Below, piece after piece: positions 28,241-41,008 of a DNA stretch of 64,000 bases. Below the pieces are notes generated by a model. That model saw only the letters and a list, made by a program, of their open reading frames with translations. It had not been told where the DNA came from and searched no databases. Source of the stretch: the human T2T-CHM13v2.0 reference genome, Homo sapiens; the NCBI RefSeq assembly GCF_009914755.1, contig NC_060926.1; one strand, written 5' to 3'. Every line of letters begins with the position of its first letter. The stretch's first letter is position 1. Made by a program: the position numbers and the translations under genes.

Positions 28241-30197
28241 GGTTCCTAATAAGCGAGAGTAATGTTGGTGTGCATAAACATTTTTTCTCTTACTTTTGAT
28301 TTTCTATTTCTCTGTTTACTAACATGTTTGTAAATTTTGTTCCAAATCTCTGTTCTTTCTTCAGGGTTAATTCACCAAAATATGGAAATGAATCATATCA
28401 AACTCACATGTCACTCTCTATCACTTCCACCGTCTGAAACTATAATGCATATGTGTGTCTATTTATTTATGGCTATTTTTCCATTTTATTTTTCCATAAA
28501 TAAATGGACATCTGAAAATGACTAATTGTCAGTTTTCCCTTCAGAATAATTTTGGTATGGTTATGTGATGACGTTCTAGGAAGATCATGGGGTCAGACAA
28601 ATACGGAAAAATAACTGAGCAAAGACTTGGTCAACACAAAACAGTGTCCCAGAGAACATATTCACTGTAGACTATGGAAAGTTTTTCCAAAATACTCAAA
28701 TAGTTTTTTGCCTTTCAAGCACCCGCCTTCATACTTCTGGAAAAGAAGAGCCAAGTTCTTGTCATTAGCCCAATTCCAAAGGATTCTCGAACCCTTGTAC
28801 ACCCTAGAATGTTTTGGGGAGCTCTGCAGCTGATACTTTTTACTGTGTGTAAGCAGAGGTTTTGTCAAAATGTCATGAGCCTGTGAAAACAGGCTCTCTG
28901 GAGAGTTTATGGAGAGCTCAGAGCTGTTCAAATTGAACATTCCTCAGTGGAAGGGATGTCCTACACACTGTCACCCTCTCGCCTGCAGACCCGATCAGCT
29001 GGAAAGATGGAAGGTCAGAATGAGCAGAATAGCTTGTGTTTCATAGAGCAACATGGGAAGATATGCACAATTTGATTATCCAAATAAATCATATCCAACA
29101 CCTTTCAGAGTGGAGGTTTATGACTATTTTTTATTCCATACAAGGATGAAAAAGGCTAAAATATTCTATCTTCTCAGTGGGCTTATGAAAGTAAGACTAA
29201 ATGTCTACCCAGTGGCAATCCCTTCATTAAAATAAGCAGTCTGGAGCCATTATCTTCACAGCAATGTATTAATACAACTCCATTAAATATACTGGGTGTT
29301 TTTTGTAAATGGTTGATGAGGTTCATTTTGGATTATGAATATCATATTTATTGCTGTTTTATGTGTAATACTCACATTGATGGCTAATTCTTCCAGCAGT
29401 AACTCATTGTGAGGACCATTAAAAAGGATTTTCTTGTTTTCCCTCTAAAATAGGTGAAATGTGACCTAATTTTTATGAGTATTTCAAATGAAATACTTAT
29501 TTATTTAATAAGCACTGAAACTTAGTGAGTATGTAGAAATATCTGCTCTGTGTCTGACGTAATTGGAGTCATTGTGATTGAAAAGTCAATGTTATTTCCC
29601 AAACAGGAGTTTGGGACTTTTAGTCCTGATCTAGCTGTCAGATTAAATAGCAGGGCTGGTGGTTGCATAGGAGGTTTATACAATGCACTAAAGCAATGGC
29701 TCTTATCAGGTGACAGGTCCAGAGATAGTTGCCATCAAAAGGAATAGGAATTTAATAAGCTGGTTCTGGAAAATCAAGATGAGACCCAATGAGCCAGGAA
29801 GCAGTAGAGCTGAAGAGGCTGAGCAGAGAGGAGAACTGAAGAACCAGTGAGAACAGAGACAGACAAGACAGAGATGAATCAGAAGAAAAAGCCAACGGCT
29901 GTTATCCTTAGTATATAAATAGTCCTTAGAAATTCATGAAAGTCAAGGCCATAATAAGATACCACTTCATACCCATTAGGATGGCTGTTACTAAAAACAA
30001 ACAAATTAATTAAAACAGAAAATAAGTGTTGGCAAGAATATGGAGAAAATTGGGAATGTTTGCATTACTGGTGTGAGAGTAAAGTGATACGTCTACCGTG
30101 GCATACAGTATGGTGGCTTTTGGAAAAATTAAACAAATTTACCATATGATTCAGCAATTTCATATCTGGGTATGTACCCAGGGGAATTGAAAACAAT

Positions 30198-30205
<8 letters not shown>

Positions 30206-30262
<57 letters not shown>
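30206..30262 (+). repeat. Pure (AT)28 microsatellite next to an Alu poly(T)
   Basis: Direct reading. Confidence 0.95.
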
Positions 30263-30573
<311 letters not shown>

Positions 30574-31102
30574 AGAATCAAACAAATATTTTTATACTTA
30601 TATTCCTAGCAACATTATTCATAGCAGCCAAAAGTTGAAAGCAACCCAAATGGATAAATGGATGGATGGATGAACAGATGAACAAAGTGAATTATGGCAC
30701 ATCCTACAACATGGATGAACCTTGAAGACACTGTGCTAAGTGAGATAAGCCTTTCACAAAAGGACAAATATTAGAAGCCCACTTATATGAGGTACTTATA
30801 GTAGTCAAATTCATAGAGACAGAAAGTCAAATGATGGCTGCTGGGGGCTGGGGGTGTGAGGAGAAATGGGGAATTATTGTTAAAATATATGGAGTTTCAC
30901 GCGGGCATGTGACAAAGCTTTGGGGATGGTGATGGCTGCCCAACAGCATGAATGTTCTTAACACCACAGAACTGCATACTTAAAAATGGTTATGATGGAA
31001 AATTTTATATAAAAATCATGGAAAAGAAAAACAGATAAATATCCTCATAAGAAGATGGGAAGCTGATATGGAGAGGCAAATTAAATGCCTGAAACACTCT
31101 TG

Positions 31103-31165
31103 GTCCTCCCCAAAGCTCGGTCCTCCCCAAAGTTCTGTCCTCCCCAAATCGCAGTCCTCCCCAAA
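31103..31165 (+). repeat. 4-unit 17-bp-period array with core GTCCTCCCCAAA
   Basis: Cores at 31103, 31120, 31137 and 31154; spacers gctcg, gttct, tcgca. Confidence 0.95.
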
Positions 31166-31194
31166 CCTGTGTCTTCTAGGATGTGCTAGTTCAT

Positions 31195-31340
31195 TTGTAT
31201 AACTTTTAACCAGTTTCTGAATCTCATCAAACCTTAATGTATGTATCTGTAAGATGATGGTGATGATTCTTCCATTCCAGCAACACAATGAGAATTAAGT
31301 GTGATAAAACACAGCAGAATGTTTACTACTGGCACAGACA
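31195..31340 (+). mobile_element. MIR
   Basis: tatctgtaagatgatgg...tgagaattaagtgtgataa...tggcacagacagggc. Confidence 0.55.
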
Positions 31341-31790
31341 GGGCAGTTTTCTGCTCTTTCTCTCCCTCTCTCAGCTCTGGTGACAGGGAATTCTCCTGTT
31401 TTTGTTCCTGTCTTTCAAGTGCCCCTGACTTCCTGTGTTTCTGCTCCCCTCCTTCCTCTGGCTGCATTGCTTTCAGGTCACTCTGCACCTTATGCAAGGG
31501 CTGTCTGTGCTTAAGCCCATGTCCTCTATGTTGGACTTCCTGTGGATTCGCTAAGCATCATCTTATCTGTGTACCTTCCACAAGGACTAAGTCATGTGTG
31601 CACCCAGAGGTGCAAGTATTTAACATTTGTTTACTGACTGGAGCGTGTCTCAGTCCTCAGATTGTGTTGCCTGTCTCAGCACATCATCTACTCTTTAGTT
31701 GACTTTGTTATTCTTTATTCTTTTTTTAAATATTCTTTAATCTTTAACATGAGAGTGATAATTTTTAAACTATGTTCTGGCTATTAAGAA

Positions 31791-32289
31791 AAGCATAAAA
31801 ATCCAATTCTAAAAGAAGCAAAACTTAGAAAATAGAAATATTCAGCATGATTCTTTCTCATTTTCAGCTTTCTAAATATAATTAGTAACTTATAACTATA
31901 GAGTTTTAAGTTTAAGAAGAAACTTCCAGGTACTTTACCAATATTTCTCGAGAGGAAGGCCGTTGACATTCAGGGCAATCAGTTCTTCCAGTGAAGGACT
32001 ATGTATGTGTTGCGACATGTGACATTCTGGCCCTGAAAACAAAACGTCCTCATCAGCATCATCATAGTTTATCTGGGGTAGACCCTTGTGGTAGGATTCC
32101 TTCTTTTTCTGTCTTAAAGTTTTGACCAGGAAATACATATTTATATGTATATAAAGCATAAATAAATCCAATTTTAAAAGAAATAAGACTTGGGAAAATA
32201 CAAATATTCAGCATGATTCTTTCTCATTTTTACCATTTGAGAAATAATCAGTAATTTATAATCCTAGAGTTTTAGGTTTAAAAAGAAGC
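31791..32289 (+). repeat. Diverged ~135-bp direct repeat (31791-31923 and 32154-32289)
   Basis: Shared aaatccaatt..aaaagaa, aaatattcagcatgattctttctcatttt, agtaa.ttataa and tagagtttta.gtttaa.aagaa. Confidence 0.85.
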
Positions 32290-32700
32290 TATATATTTAT
32301 GTATAGTTTATATAAATACACATAAAATATGAATATAAATATATATTCATATGTTACATATATTTATATATGTATATGTACATATATGTATATATTTATA
32401 TTCTATATATAATATAAATATAACTATATACACATTATATATTTATATAGATACATAAATATATTTTATGTATTTATATTTATTTACTATAATTGTTTAT
32501 TGTATTTATTTATATTTTATATTAATATATTATTTTAATATATAAATATATATTTTATGCACTTAACATATATTTATATATGTATATTTATATATAGATA
32601 CAAAAACACATATATTAGAGACCAGATAAAAATATAAATAATAGGTAAATAATATGTAAATATATATAGTTATTTAAATTTGTTGTATAATATATATATT
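32290..32700. repeat. AT-rich degenerate (TA)n low-complexity tract
   Basis: Direct reading. Confidence 0.9.
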
Positions 32701-32851
32701 TTTTCAGAATCATATTATACTACAGCTCCCCAGACAAATGAATCAAGGGCATCTAGTGTCGTTGGAACAGCATAGAAACATCTTAGAACAAAGAAGTTAT
32801 TCTACAAACTTCTACATTGAACGTGATCTGTTGTGAGTCCACTTGTGTGAC

Positions 32852-33294
32852 TGTGATGGTTAATTCTGAGTGTCCACTTCATTGGATTGAAGGATGCAAA
32901 GTATTGATCCTGGGAGTTTCTGTGAGAGTCTTGCCAAAGGAGATTTACATTTGAGTCAGTGGGCTGCAAAAGGCAGACCCACCCTTAATCTGGGTGGGCA
33001 CCATCTAATCAGCTGCCAGCAGGACTAGAATAAAGGGCAGGAGAACGTGGAGAGATCAGACCAGCTTAGCCTCCCAGCCTACATCTTTCTCCTGTGCTGG
33101 ATGCTTCCTGCCCTCGAACATCGGACTCCAAGTTCTTCAGCTTTGGGACTTGGACTGGCTTCCTTGCTCCTCAGCTTGCAGACGGCCTACTGTGGGACCT
33201 TGTGATCGTGTGAGTTAATACTCCTTAATAAACTGCCTTTTTATATACATCTATCCTATTAGTTCTGTCCCTCTAGAGAATCCTGACTGATACA
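32852..33294 (+). mobile_element. MLT2A (HERV-L) solo LTR
   Basis: tgtgatggttaattctgagtgtc...ggattgaaggatgcaaagtattgatcctggg...ttctgtccctctagagaatcctgactgataca. Confidence 0.9.
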
Positions 33295-35129
33295 ATGAGG
33301 TACCATTGGCAGCCATAAGCACCCTGATTTGAGAACCATCAGCAAAAGCAATGAGAACCAGTGCCTCCCCCCAGGAGCATGGGCTCCTGAGAGTAGAGTT
33401 GGGCTCGGCTCCAGGGCCTGACTCCCCACCCACCTGGCCGTTCCTCAGTGATGCTTGCCTGGCTGTTACCAAGGGAAATGAGATGTTTGCTTGCGCATAA
33501 GAGAAAATATTCCCTCTTTTGTGATTATGCTAAAGTACCCATCTGTGGAGACAATACTGGTAACAACTTTGAACTCTATCCCTGTCAGAATCTACATTCC
33601 TAAGAGCCAGGAACCACGTCTATTTTATTTTTGACAGTTCTTTAGCCCAGCAACTGGAATGGGTAGTAGAACTGATGATGTGTTGATTGCTTTCACCACA
33701 TCTGCAAGTAAACACAGAGCTCAGAAGTTCCGTGCTAAGTCAGGGGCATTTCTGTCTTTTTGATGTTTGTTTATGAATGTCTTGGAGTCACTGAAAGTGG
33801 CAGTGGGGGACAATCAGAGGAGGAACTGTTGACCCAAGGCAGTGAGAATGAGGAAGTAGAGAAGGAGTAAGGGGCTACGGGGACATCAGGGGAAGAGAGA
33901 AGTGCCCAGGAAACACAAACACAGTTGACAGGGTGGCAATAGCTAGAGAGGAGGAGGAGAAGGAACAACTGACCTAAATTCACCCCCTGGAACTCTTCTA
34001 ACTCTAAGACTCCAAAAAACCATGTGCCAAATCCAAATTTACCTCACCAGCCAATGTGAGGATAAATAAAACTTCAAAAGAACGCTTATCCCTAAGATAT
34101 CATTGCTGTTAACATTTTGTCTATCTATAGCTTTTAAACATTGGCTTATAGGTTTTTAACTGAGGAAGAAACACAATAGGAGAAACTTAAGAAGAGAATA
34201 AAATATTAGGAGCCATGCCTCCTACAGCCTGAACATAAATAAATGTTTATCGTGATAACAGGGATTATTAAATATGCTTTGGCTTATTGAGTATGAAGTA
34301 ATAGAAGCAGAGTGAAAAGAATATCTGTGACTTCAGCTCAAAGAATGGTAAACTACCTACCGCCTCACTTTTTTAGTTAATTAGAAATGCCAAATAGCAC
34401 ATCTCATTCTTAGAAAAGAGAGACTCTTGTTTGAAAGCACTCTCTACACTATAAAGTACAATACAGATGAAAGTAGCTGTTATTGTTATTTTATTCCCTT
34501 CAGGCCAGTGACTTCAGCTATGATACAGTGAACAGGGCTGCTAAGGGAGACATAAGCTAACGTATATGGAGCATTTCTTAAAAGCTGAGTGTTTTTTATA
34601 GACACCACTTGAACAGTTATCCTAGGTTCTTACTGAAACATCATGAACGGTTACATTTCTCAGAGCTGTCCCAAAGCAGGGCCACATCATAGAGCATCTG
34701 TATTGGAAGACATCAGCTGTGAAGCTGTGTGTTATTACATTCAGATGACCATGGATAAGGGCATTTGCGACTGAGATTGTGTGAATCGGATTTAAACCAG
34801 CAAACTGTAGCCTTTATGTCAAATAGCCGTCAACATGAAAGCTGTTAAAGCAAACTACTTTCCATAAAAATGTATTGAAAAAAAAAAAAGCCTGGAGCCA
34901 CAAAGCAATAGGAAAAAGAAAATTTATCACCATGCCTAAAATGGAATTTGGAATCCAGTTGCTTGAAGAAAGAAACAATTGTGTTATATTGTGCTGAGGT
35001 AGGAAAAGAAAAATCAAGGACTACCAGTCCTCAGGGGAATTAGCAAAGAAGATGTTTCCAATACGGCTCAACAACCCCAGTCGGAGAGACTAGGCAGTGT
35101 TGTCGATGGGAAACTGCCACAAGGATGGG

Positions 35130-35296
35130 TCTGTTATCCTCCAGTGCGGCAGCTAACCAAAACATTTGACCACTGAGCCCCTGAAATGTCACTGGTGTGG
35201 CCAAGGAACTGGTCATAACATAATTTTATTTTAATGCAATTAATTTAAATTTCAATAGCTACATGTGGCTTGTGGAGCCCATGTTGGACAGCACAG
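35130..35296 (+). mobile_element. MER3-like hAT MITE
   Basis: ctgaaatgtcactggtgtggccaaggaactg...aattaatttaaatttcaatagctacatgtggcttgtgg...ttggacagcacag. Confidence 0.7.
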
Positions 35297-35351
35297 GATA
35301 GCAGTTTCAATAGCATTAAGAGACAGAAAATAACTCCATTCAGCAGAATAT

Positions 35352-35660
35352 CCATTCATTCATTCAACTAAGCAAAATTCAGTGGGCATGCCTGTTACTG
35401 TGTCAGGTACTAGGATGCAGAGATAAAAAAACATTCTCTGTCTTCAGAAGTTTAAAGTCTAGTAGGTAAGAAAAGCAAGTACAATAAAATTGTTGCCATA
35501 ATAAAATGGCATGTGTTCAAGATGTATGCAAGTCTCTATAGTAATAAAGAAGACCTGAGCAGGTAGTAGGGTGTTGGAGGAGGCCATGCAGGTAAAGTGG
35601 CTACTGTCTAGGTTGTGAAGAATTAGTAGTCTTTGGCAAAAGGCAAAGTACAAAGTTATA
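35352..35660 (-). mobile_element. L2 fragment
   Basis: cattcattcattcaact...tgtcaggtactaggatgcagagataaa... Confidence 0.65.
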
Positions 35661-36712
35661 GAATAAATGCATGAAGGCATAAAGATGCATAACAATACAG
35701 TGCAACCTGCAAAGCTTAGGTACAATAAAAAGCCTTCACCTGAACTGCATCCCCCTGACCTACCACTTACCTGCGGATCTCTGGTGCATGTGAGGTCCTG
35801 AGGCAGGTTGCATGCGGACCTCAGGCAGCAGGCTACTTGAGGGCACTCACACTGCTCTCACCAGTTCAGAAATTGTCTTCACAAAGAGGCAGTAGATAAG
35901 GTGGCAGTGGTAAGAGAGTTCCTTGTGTTCACAAGCCTGCTTATGCCAGGGGTTCGTATTGTTCTGTAAAGTAATTAAATATTAAGGAAACCAATTAAGT
36001 ATGAAAATTTAAAAAAAGAAAATGCAAATTAGGTATAAGCAAAACCACTGTAAAAGTCTGAAGAAAGTTCCATAAAACTCGAAGGATTATGTCGTTAAAT
36101 TGCTTTGCATTCCATTTTAAAGCAAAATATCTGGAAATTATATGTAAGGCATTATGTTTGCGATTTTCTCTAAGAAAAATGATGAATAACTCCAGCTGAC
36201 CCATCTATGCTCAAAGAAATATTCTTGGCCTTATGTCAGAACTTTGGCAAATCAATGTAAATCTATGCTTTTATGTTATAATAAAATATATGAGACTTCA
36301 TGGACTAGAAGAATCTATGGAATTACATGCTTCATAGCCTTTCATGGGACAGGAGTTCTTTCTTTCCATCTCATGAGACCTAGAGATGATGGCATTTAAC
36401 TTATAATTGCAGTGAAAACCCTGAACAACCCTATAAAAAGCAGGGAGTAATCATGGCTGACAACCAGCTGTTATGTATGGAGGGGAAAATTTGAAGAAAT
36501 GAAAAGATGGCAAGACCTGTTGATTGGCTAATTATGGAGCCTGAATTAAAGGGATGAGTCAGGGATGTTTAGGTCATGCCAGCCTTTATAAATCATTGAA
36601 TTGTTAAATACATTTCAAATGTTGACATTAATGGTATTTATTATTTGTTACATCATGTAAGGATAAGAGCAGGGTCAGTTGAACATAAAAATAAATATTT
36701 TATATTTATATA

Positions 36713-37175
36713 GGGTAGACAACTCTTGTGGCAGGATTTCCTCTATTTCTGTCTCAAAGTGTTTAACTCAATGTTATGACAGGAGAAATATATAATTATA
36801 TTTATATTATAAATATCATATATGTAATATATAATTACATATACATAAATATGTAAATACCTAAGATATATAATATATAAACATATATATTATCCTAAAA
36901 TAACATTGAATTTAAAATTTTGAGATAGAAAAAGATAAATATATATAATATATGTTTATACTTATTTCATATGTATTATATATAATATATACATACTATA
37001 TAAATAACATAAAAATATATTGATATTTAAATGTTATATGACCTGTTTTTTCCAAAATCATGTTACACTACAGTTCCCCAGACAAACGGATCAGGACATC
37101 TGTGTCACTAGAAAAGGACAGAAACATTCCAGAGCAAAGAAGTTATTATGCAACTTTGTATATTAAATTTGATCT
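36713..37175 (+). repeat. Diverged second copy of 32076-32829 (two unique blocks around an AT-rich tract)
   Basis: gggtagac..cttgtgg.aggatt..tttctgtct.aaagt and aatcat.tta.actacag.tccccagacaaa...caaagaagttatt occur in both copies. Confidence 0.85.
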
Positions 37176-37198
37176 ACTAATTCTATAGTGGACAATAG

Positions 37199-37501
<303 letters not shown>

Positions 37502-37950
37502 TCTTCTGAATTTCTAATGCTTCTTTTAAAATAGTAAGGATCTACATTTGGAGAATCAAAGAAAAAGAATATTATGATACAAAGGAAGTTTCCACAACAG
37601 AAAAAGTAGAAATATTGAGAACAATATACATTTACATTCATTTTCTGAAGTTCTGAGGTCAGCTGGCTTGAGTAATGGAAAAGGAGGAGACAGGGAAGGA
37701 GACGGAGGAAGTGAAGGATGCATCGTCAACAGGAGTGCCCGGGTTCTGCCATCCCACCCAGCCCTCTGTACACTGCTAAACACCTGAAAGGCAGGATTGG
37801 AAGTGATTGGAAAAGTAGGGGAATCCTAGAGTGAGGGAAGGGAACTGACTCCACACTGCCCAGGGCAGAGGCCATGCACCTGTCAAGGCCATGGAGAATC
37901 AATCTTGGGGCAATACAGGTGAGCACAGAGGAGTAAAAATGCAGCACAGG

Positions 37951-38306
37951 TGCCAGGTTCTAACTGCAGTCTGGTGGAAGTCACCTGGTGAATGGCAGGT
38001 AGCTGGCAAAACACTCAAGGAATCGTAGACAGTTTCAACATGACTTTACTATCTCTCTGAGCATGAGCAGGGCTGGGTGCAAGCGAGCCTGGGTACAAGC
38101 CATATGTACAGCATTAAGGTATTTTATAGAAAATAGTGGCTCTGAGTCAAGCACGAACTCATATGGGTGACCACCTAATTTGCCTCACATGGCGTGGTTA
38201 CATAATGAGCAGAGTTGTGCGCCTGTGCTCCAAACTCACTGAGTCATGCTGGACTGGACGTCTGCCTTGGTCTATTCTTGATGGCAGCACATCCATTTTT
38301 CTTACA
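37951..38306 (-). mobile_element. LTR18A-type ERVL solo LTR
   Basis: Minus strand reads tgtaagaaaaatggatgtgc...catgactcagtgagtttggagcacaggcgcacaac...aaactgtctacgattcc...gttagaacctggca; TSD acagg/gcagg. Confidence 0.8.
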
Positions 38307-40225
38307 GCAGGTAGGCAGGGGGCCTGGCTGTCCCAGCTCTGCTGCTGCCTTCAAGGGAGAAACTCCCAGCTGACCCAGTGAGTGACCAGAAGAGCAAAGG
38401 GAGATTGAAAGTCCTATAATGGGGAGGGGAAGTCAGAGGAACACTCCTGAGGTCCAAGCTAGGATCAGGATGTAGCTGACCACTGTGTCTTGAGGCCCAG
38501 GAGCATGAGCAGGTGTGGAGGGGAGAACCATCACCTGGACATGGGGGAGGGGCTCAGTCAGCACCAGCCCTGGACACTTCCAATGCAGGGGCCATGAGCG
38601 GATGCTGGTGCCCAGAAGCCAAGCAGCACGAGCTGCAGTTTGCAAAATCCAGTGGAGGCCCAAAGAAGAGGACATAGGGCTTGGTGCCCTCCATTGCTGC
38701 AGAGAGGGCACAATCACTTCTGGGTGCCCCATGTGCCATCTGCAGAAGGAGAAGATGAGAGAGAAGAAAACACAAAAGGAAAGGATGGCCTGTGTGAATC
38801 TTCCCTCATCTTTCCATCAGGTTGAGGTCTTGGAATCCAAAAGGATGCAATTAGACCTGGCATTATTCCAGGTGAGTTTGAAGCTCAGCATTCTCAGCTA
38901 CTGTGGGGCAGCAGAGAATATGTTTCAGAGGGTAACTGGGGAGAAATGTAAACAAACCAAGCTAAGAGGAAGGAAACACCCCCTCAATACGAGTCTCCAC
39001 TTCATTATCTCTAGAAAAATAGTAATTTGCTTTGGTAATGGATTCTTGCTTCTCCCATGTCCTGATGTTGAAAGAATGACTGGAATGGCAGCTCCGTTGC
39101 CATAATTGCTCATAAGGTTAGAAGGCTGCCCCTCAAAATTCCCACATTCTCACAGTTCAGGGGTGACCATGAGGGGCATGTGGGCCTGGAAAAAACCCTG
39201 TCCTCTTCCCTGTGGAGCCTGGGGAGGGTGTGTGCTGGGGGAAGAGCCACTCTGTGAGGACTCTGGGCTGAGACATGTGGACTGGGCACCACATGGGAAG
39301 AAGCAAAGAGGGCTGGAGAAGAGGCCATAGAGATGGAGGGGGGTCATGAGGGACCTTGTTGTGAGTGAATCTCCCCAGAGCAGGACAGCAGGACTCCCTG
39401 ATGAAGCAGACACTTCAGCAGGGCCTTTAGTGGGGAAGGATTGGAGTGGAATTCAGAGTGGGGAGAGAAGGATGGGGTGAACATGGTGTGGTGGCTGCTC
39501 CCTATGGCACCTCGGAACTGGAGGGAACTGGAGAAAATAAGCTGAAGTATGGAAGCTTAATTTCCAGTGACCAGGCCAGTGTGTTTCAATTGATAATTTG
39601 GCCTTTAAAACGAAGGTCACCTTATTTTGTAATCACAGGCTGGTGAGGGCTGTGATGTCTGGGTACATCTGGACGGACTCTGCCTTAGTAAAGAAGGATT
39701 CTCAGCATACTGAAGACCCCAACTGAATGCCAGACAGAGAAGGTACTGACCTGCCTGGAGATCTCCCCTGACGTCTGAACAGAGGTCGAAAACACACCCA
39801 CCAAGAAGAGCCTCCTGTCTTGGTCCCTAAGGAAGTCCGTGGGCAATTATGTAATCAAAGAAATAATTTCTTATTCATATGCTGAGCACATTCTAGGTAA
39901 GCCTAGTGTCTTTGGGTCAGAAGTTAATCATAGTTAATCTATTTTTATAAAAATACAGTATTAAATTTTTAAACACCTCTATGCCATATTTATATAAACA
40001 ACAGCAAAATGAATCTACATAGCCTGTATAAATGTGACATGTATTTTCCCAATAAATATTTTATGCTGAAACATATATATTATGGAAGAGGATAAAATAA
40101 AGCAATAATATAGCTCTATGGAAATAACCAAAATAGGGAGTCAGCGTACGAAGACAGGTCATGGTGTCAGCGCATGCATCAGCACGTCTCCCTCTATTGA
40201 TTAATCCAACAGAAATGCATGACGG

Positions 40226-40522
40226 GGCTGGGCACAGTAGCTCATGCCTGTAATCCCAGCACTTCAGGAGGCCAAGGTGGGAGGATCATTTGTGCCCAGG
40301 AGTTCAAGATGAGCCTGGGCAACATGGCAAAACCCTGTCACTACAATACAAAAGAATTAGCTGGGTGTGGTGGCATGTCACTATAGTCCCATCTACTCAG
40401 GAGACTGAGGTAGGAGGAACACCCTAGCCTGGGAGGTTGAGGCTGCAATGAGCCATGATTGTGACAGTGTACTCTTCAACTTGGGTGACACAGTGAGACT
40501 CTGTCTCAAAAGAAAAGAAAAA
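40226..40522 (+). mobile_element. AluJ
   Basis: gggaggatcatttgtgcccaggagttcaag...gaggctgcaatgagccatgattg. Confidence 0.9.
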
Positions 40523-40719
40523 GACGCGTGGCATGTTGGTTAGGCCTGGTGTTTATAAACACAGCACTCACAGTCAGCATCCCCCCATATCATTTTCTAA
40601 AGCAATTGTGGTAACTTGTAATGTTTTTACTTAACATTTAATAATGTGATTTGTTATATGATTATATAAGAAGAAAGATGTCGTTCATTCATATCAAATC
40701 CTCCATTCGGTGGTGGTGA

Positions 40720-40930
40720 TTTCAGACAGAACTGGGTTCAAATTCCAGCTCTTCCACTTCTTTTACAGCCTTAGGAATACCTATAATACTTTTCTGAAAT
40801 AATGTCCTTCTTGGCCAATTGGATATAATAAAAGCACCAACCACATAGGGTTTTGTGAGAATAAAAAGCAATGTCATGTAACCATTTAGCAAAATGATGG
40901 GCGCATAGTAAGAGGCTAATAAACATTAAT
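40720..40930 (+). mobile_element. MIR
   Basis: cagacagaactgggttcaaattccagctct...catagggttttgtgagaataaa...catagtaagaggctaataaa. Confidence 0.75.
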
Positions 40931-41008
40931 CATTATCATCATGGCTGTTATTATGTTGAATAAAATAATAATGTCTAAGATAATTAAGAAGAATAAAAAC
41001 ACACACTA

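Noticed and set aside
31103-31165. CRISPR-like repeat-spacer pattern
   Set aside because: 12-bp repeats with 5-bp spacers in primate DNA and no cas genes; treated as a minisatellite.
38515-39105. Longest ORF (196 aa)
   Set aside because: Starts at GTG, has no recognisable domain, and reads through strong splice signals; one such ORF is expected by chance in a GC-richer patch. Only the internal 51-nt exon candidate was kept.
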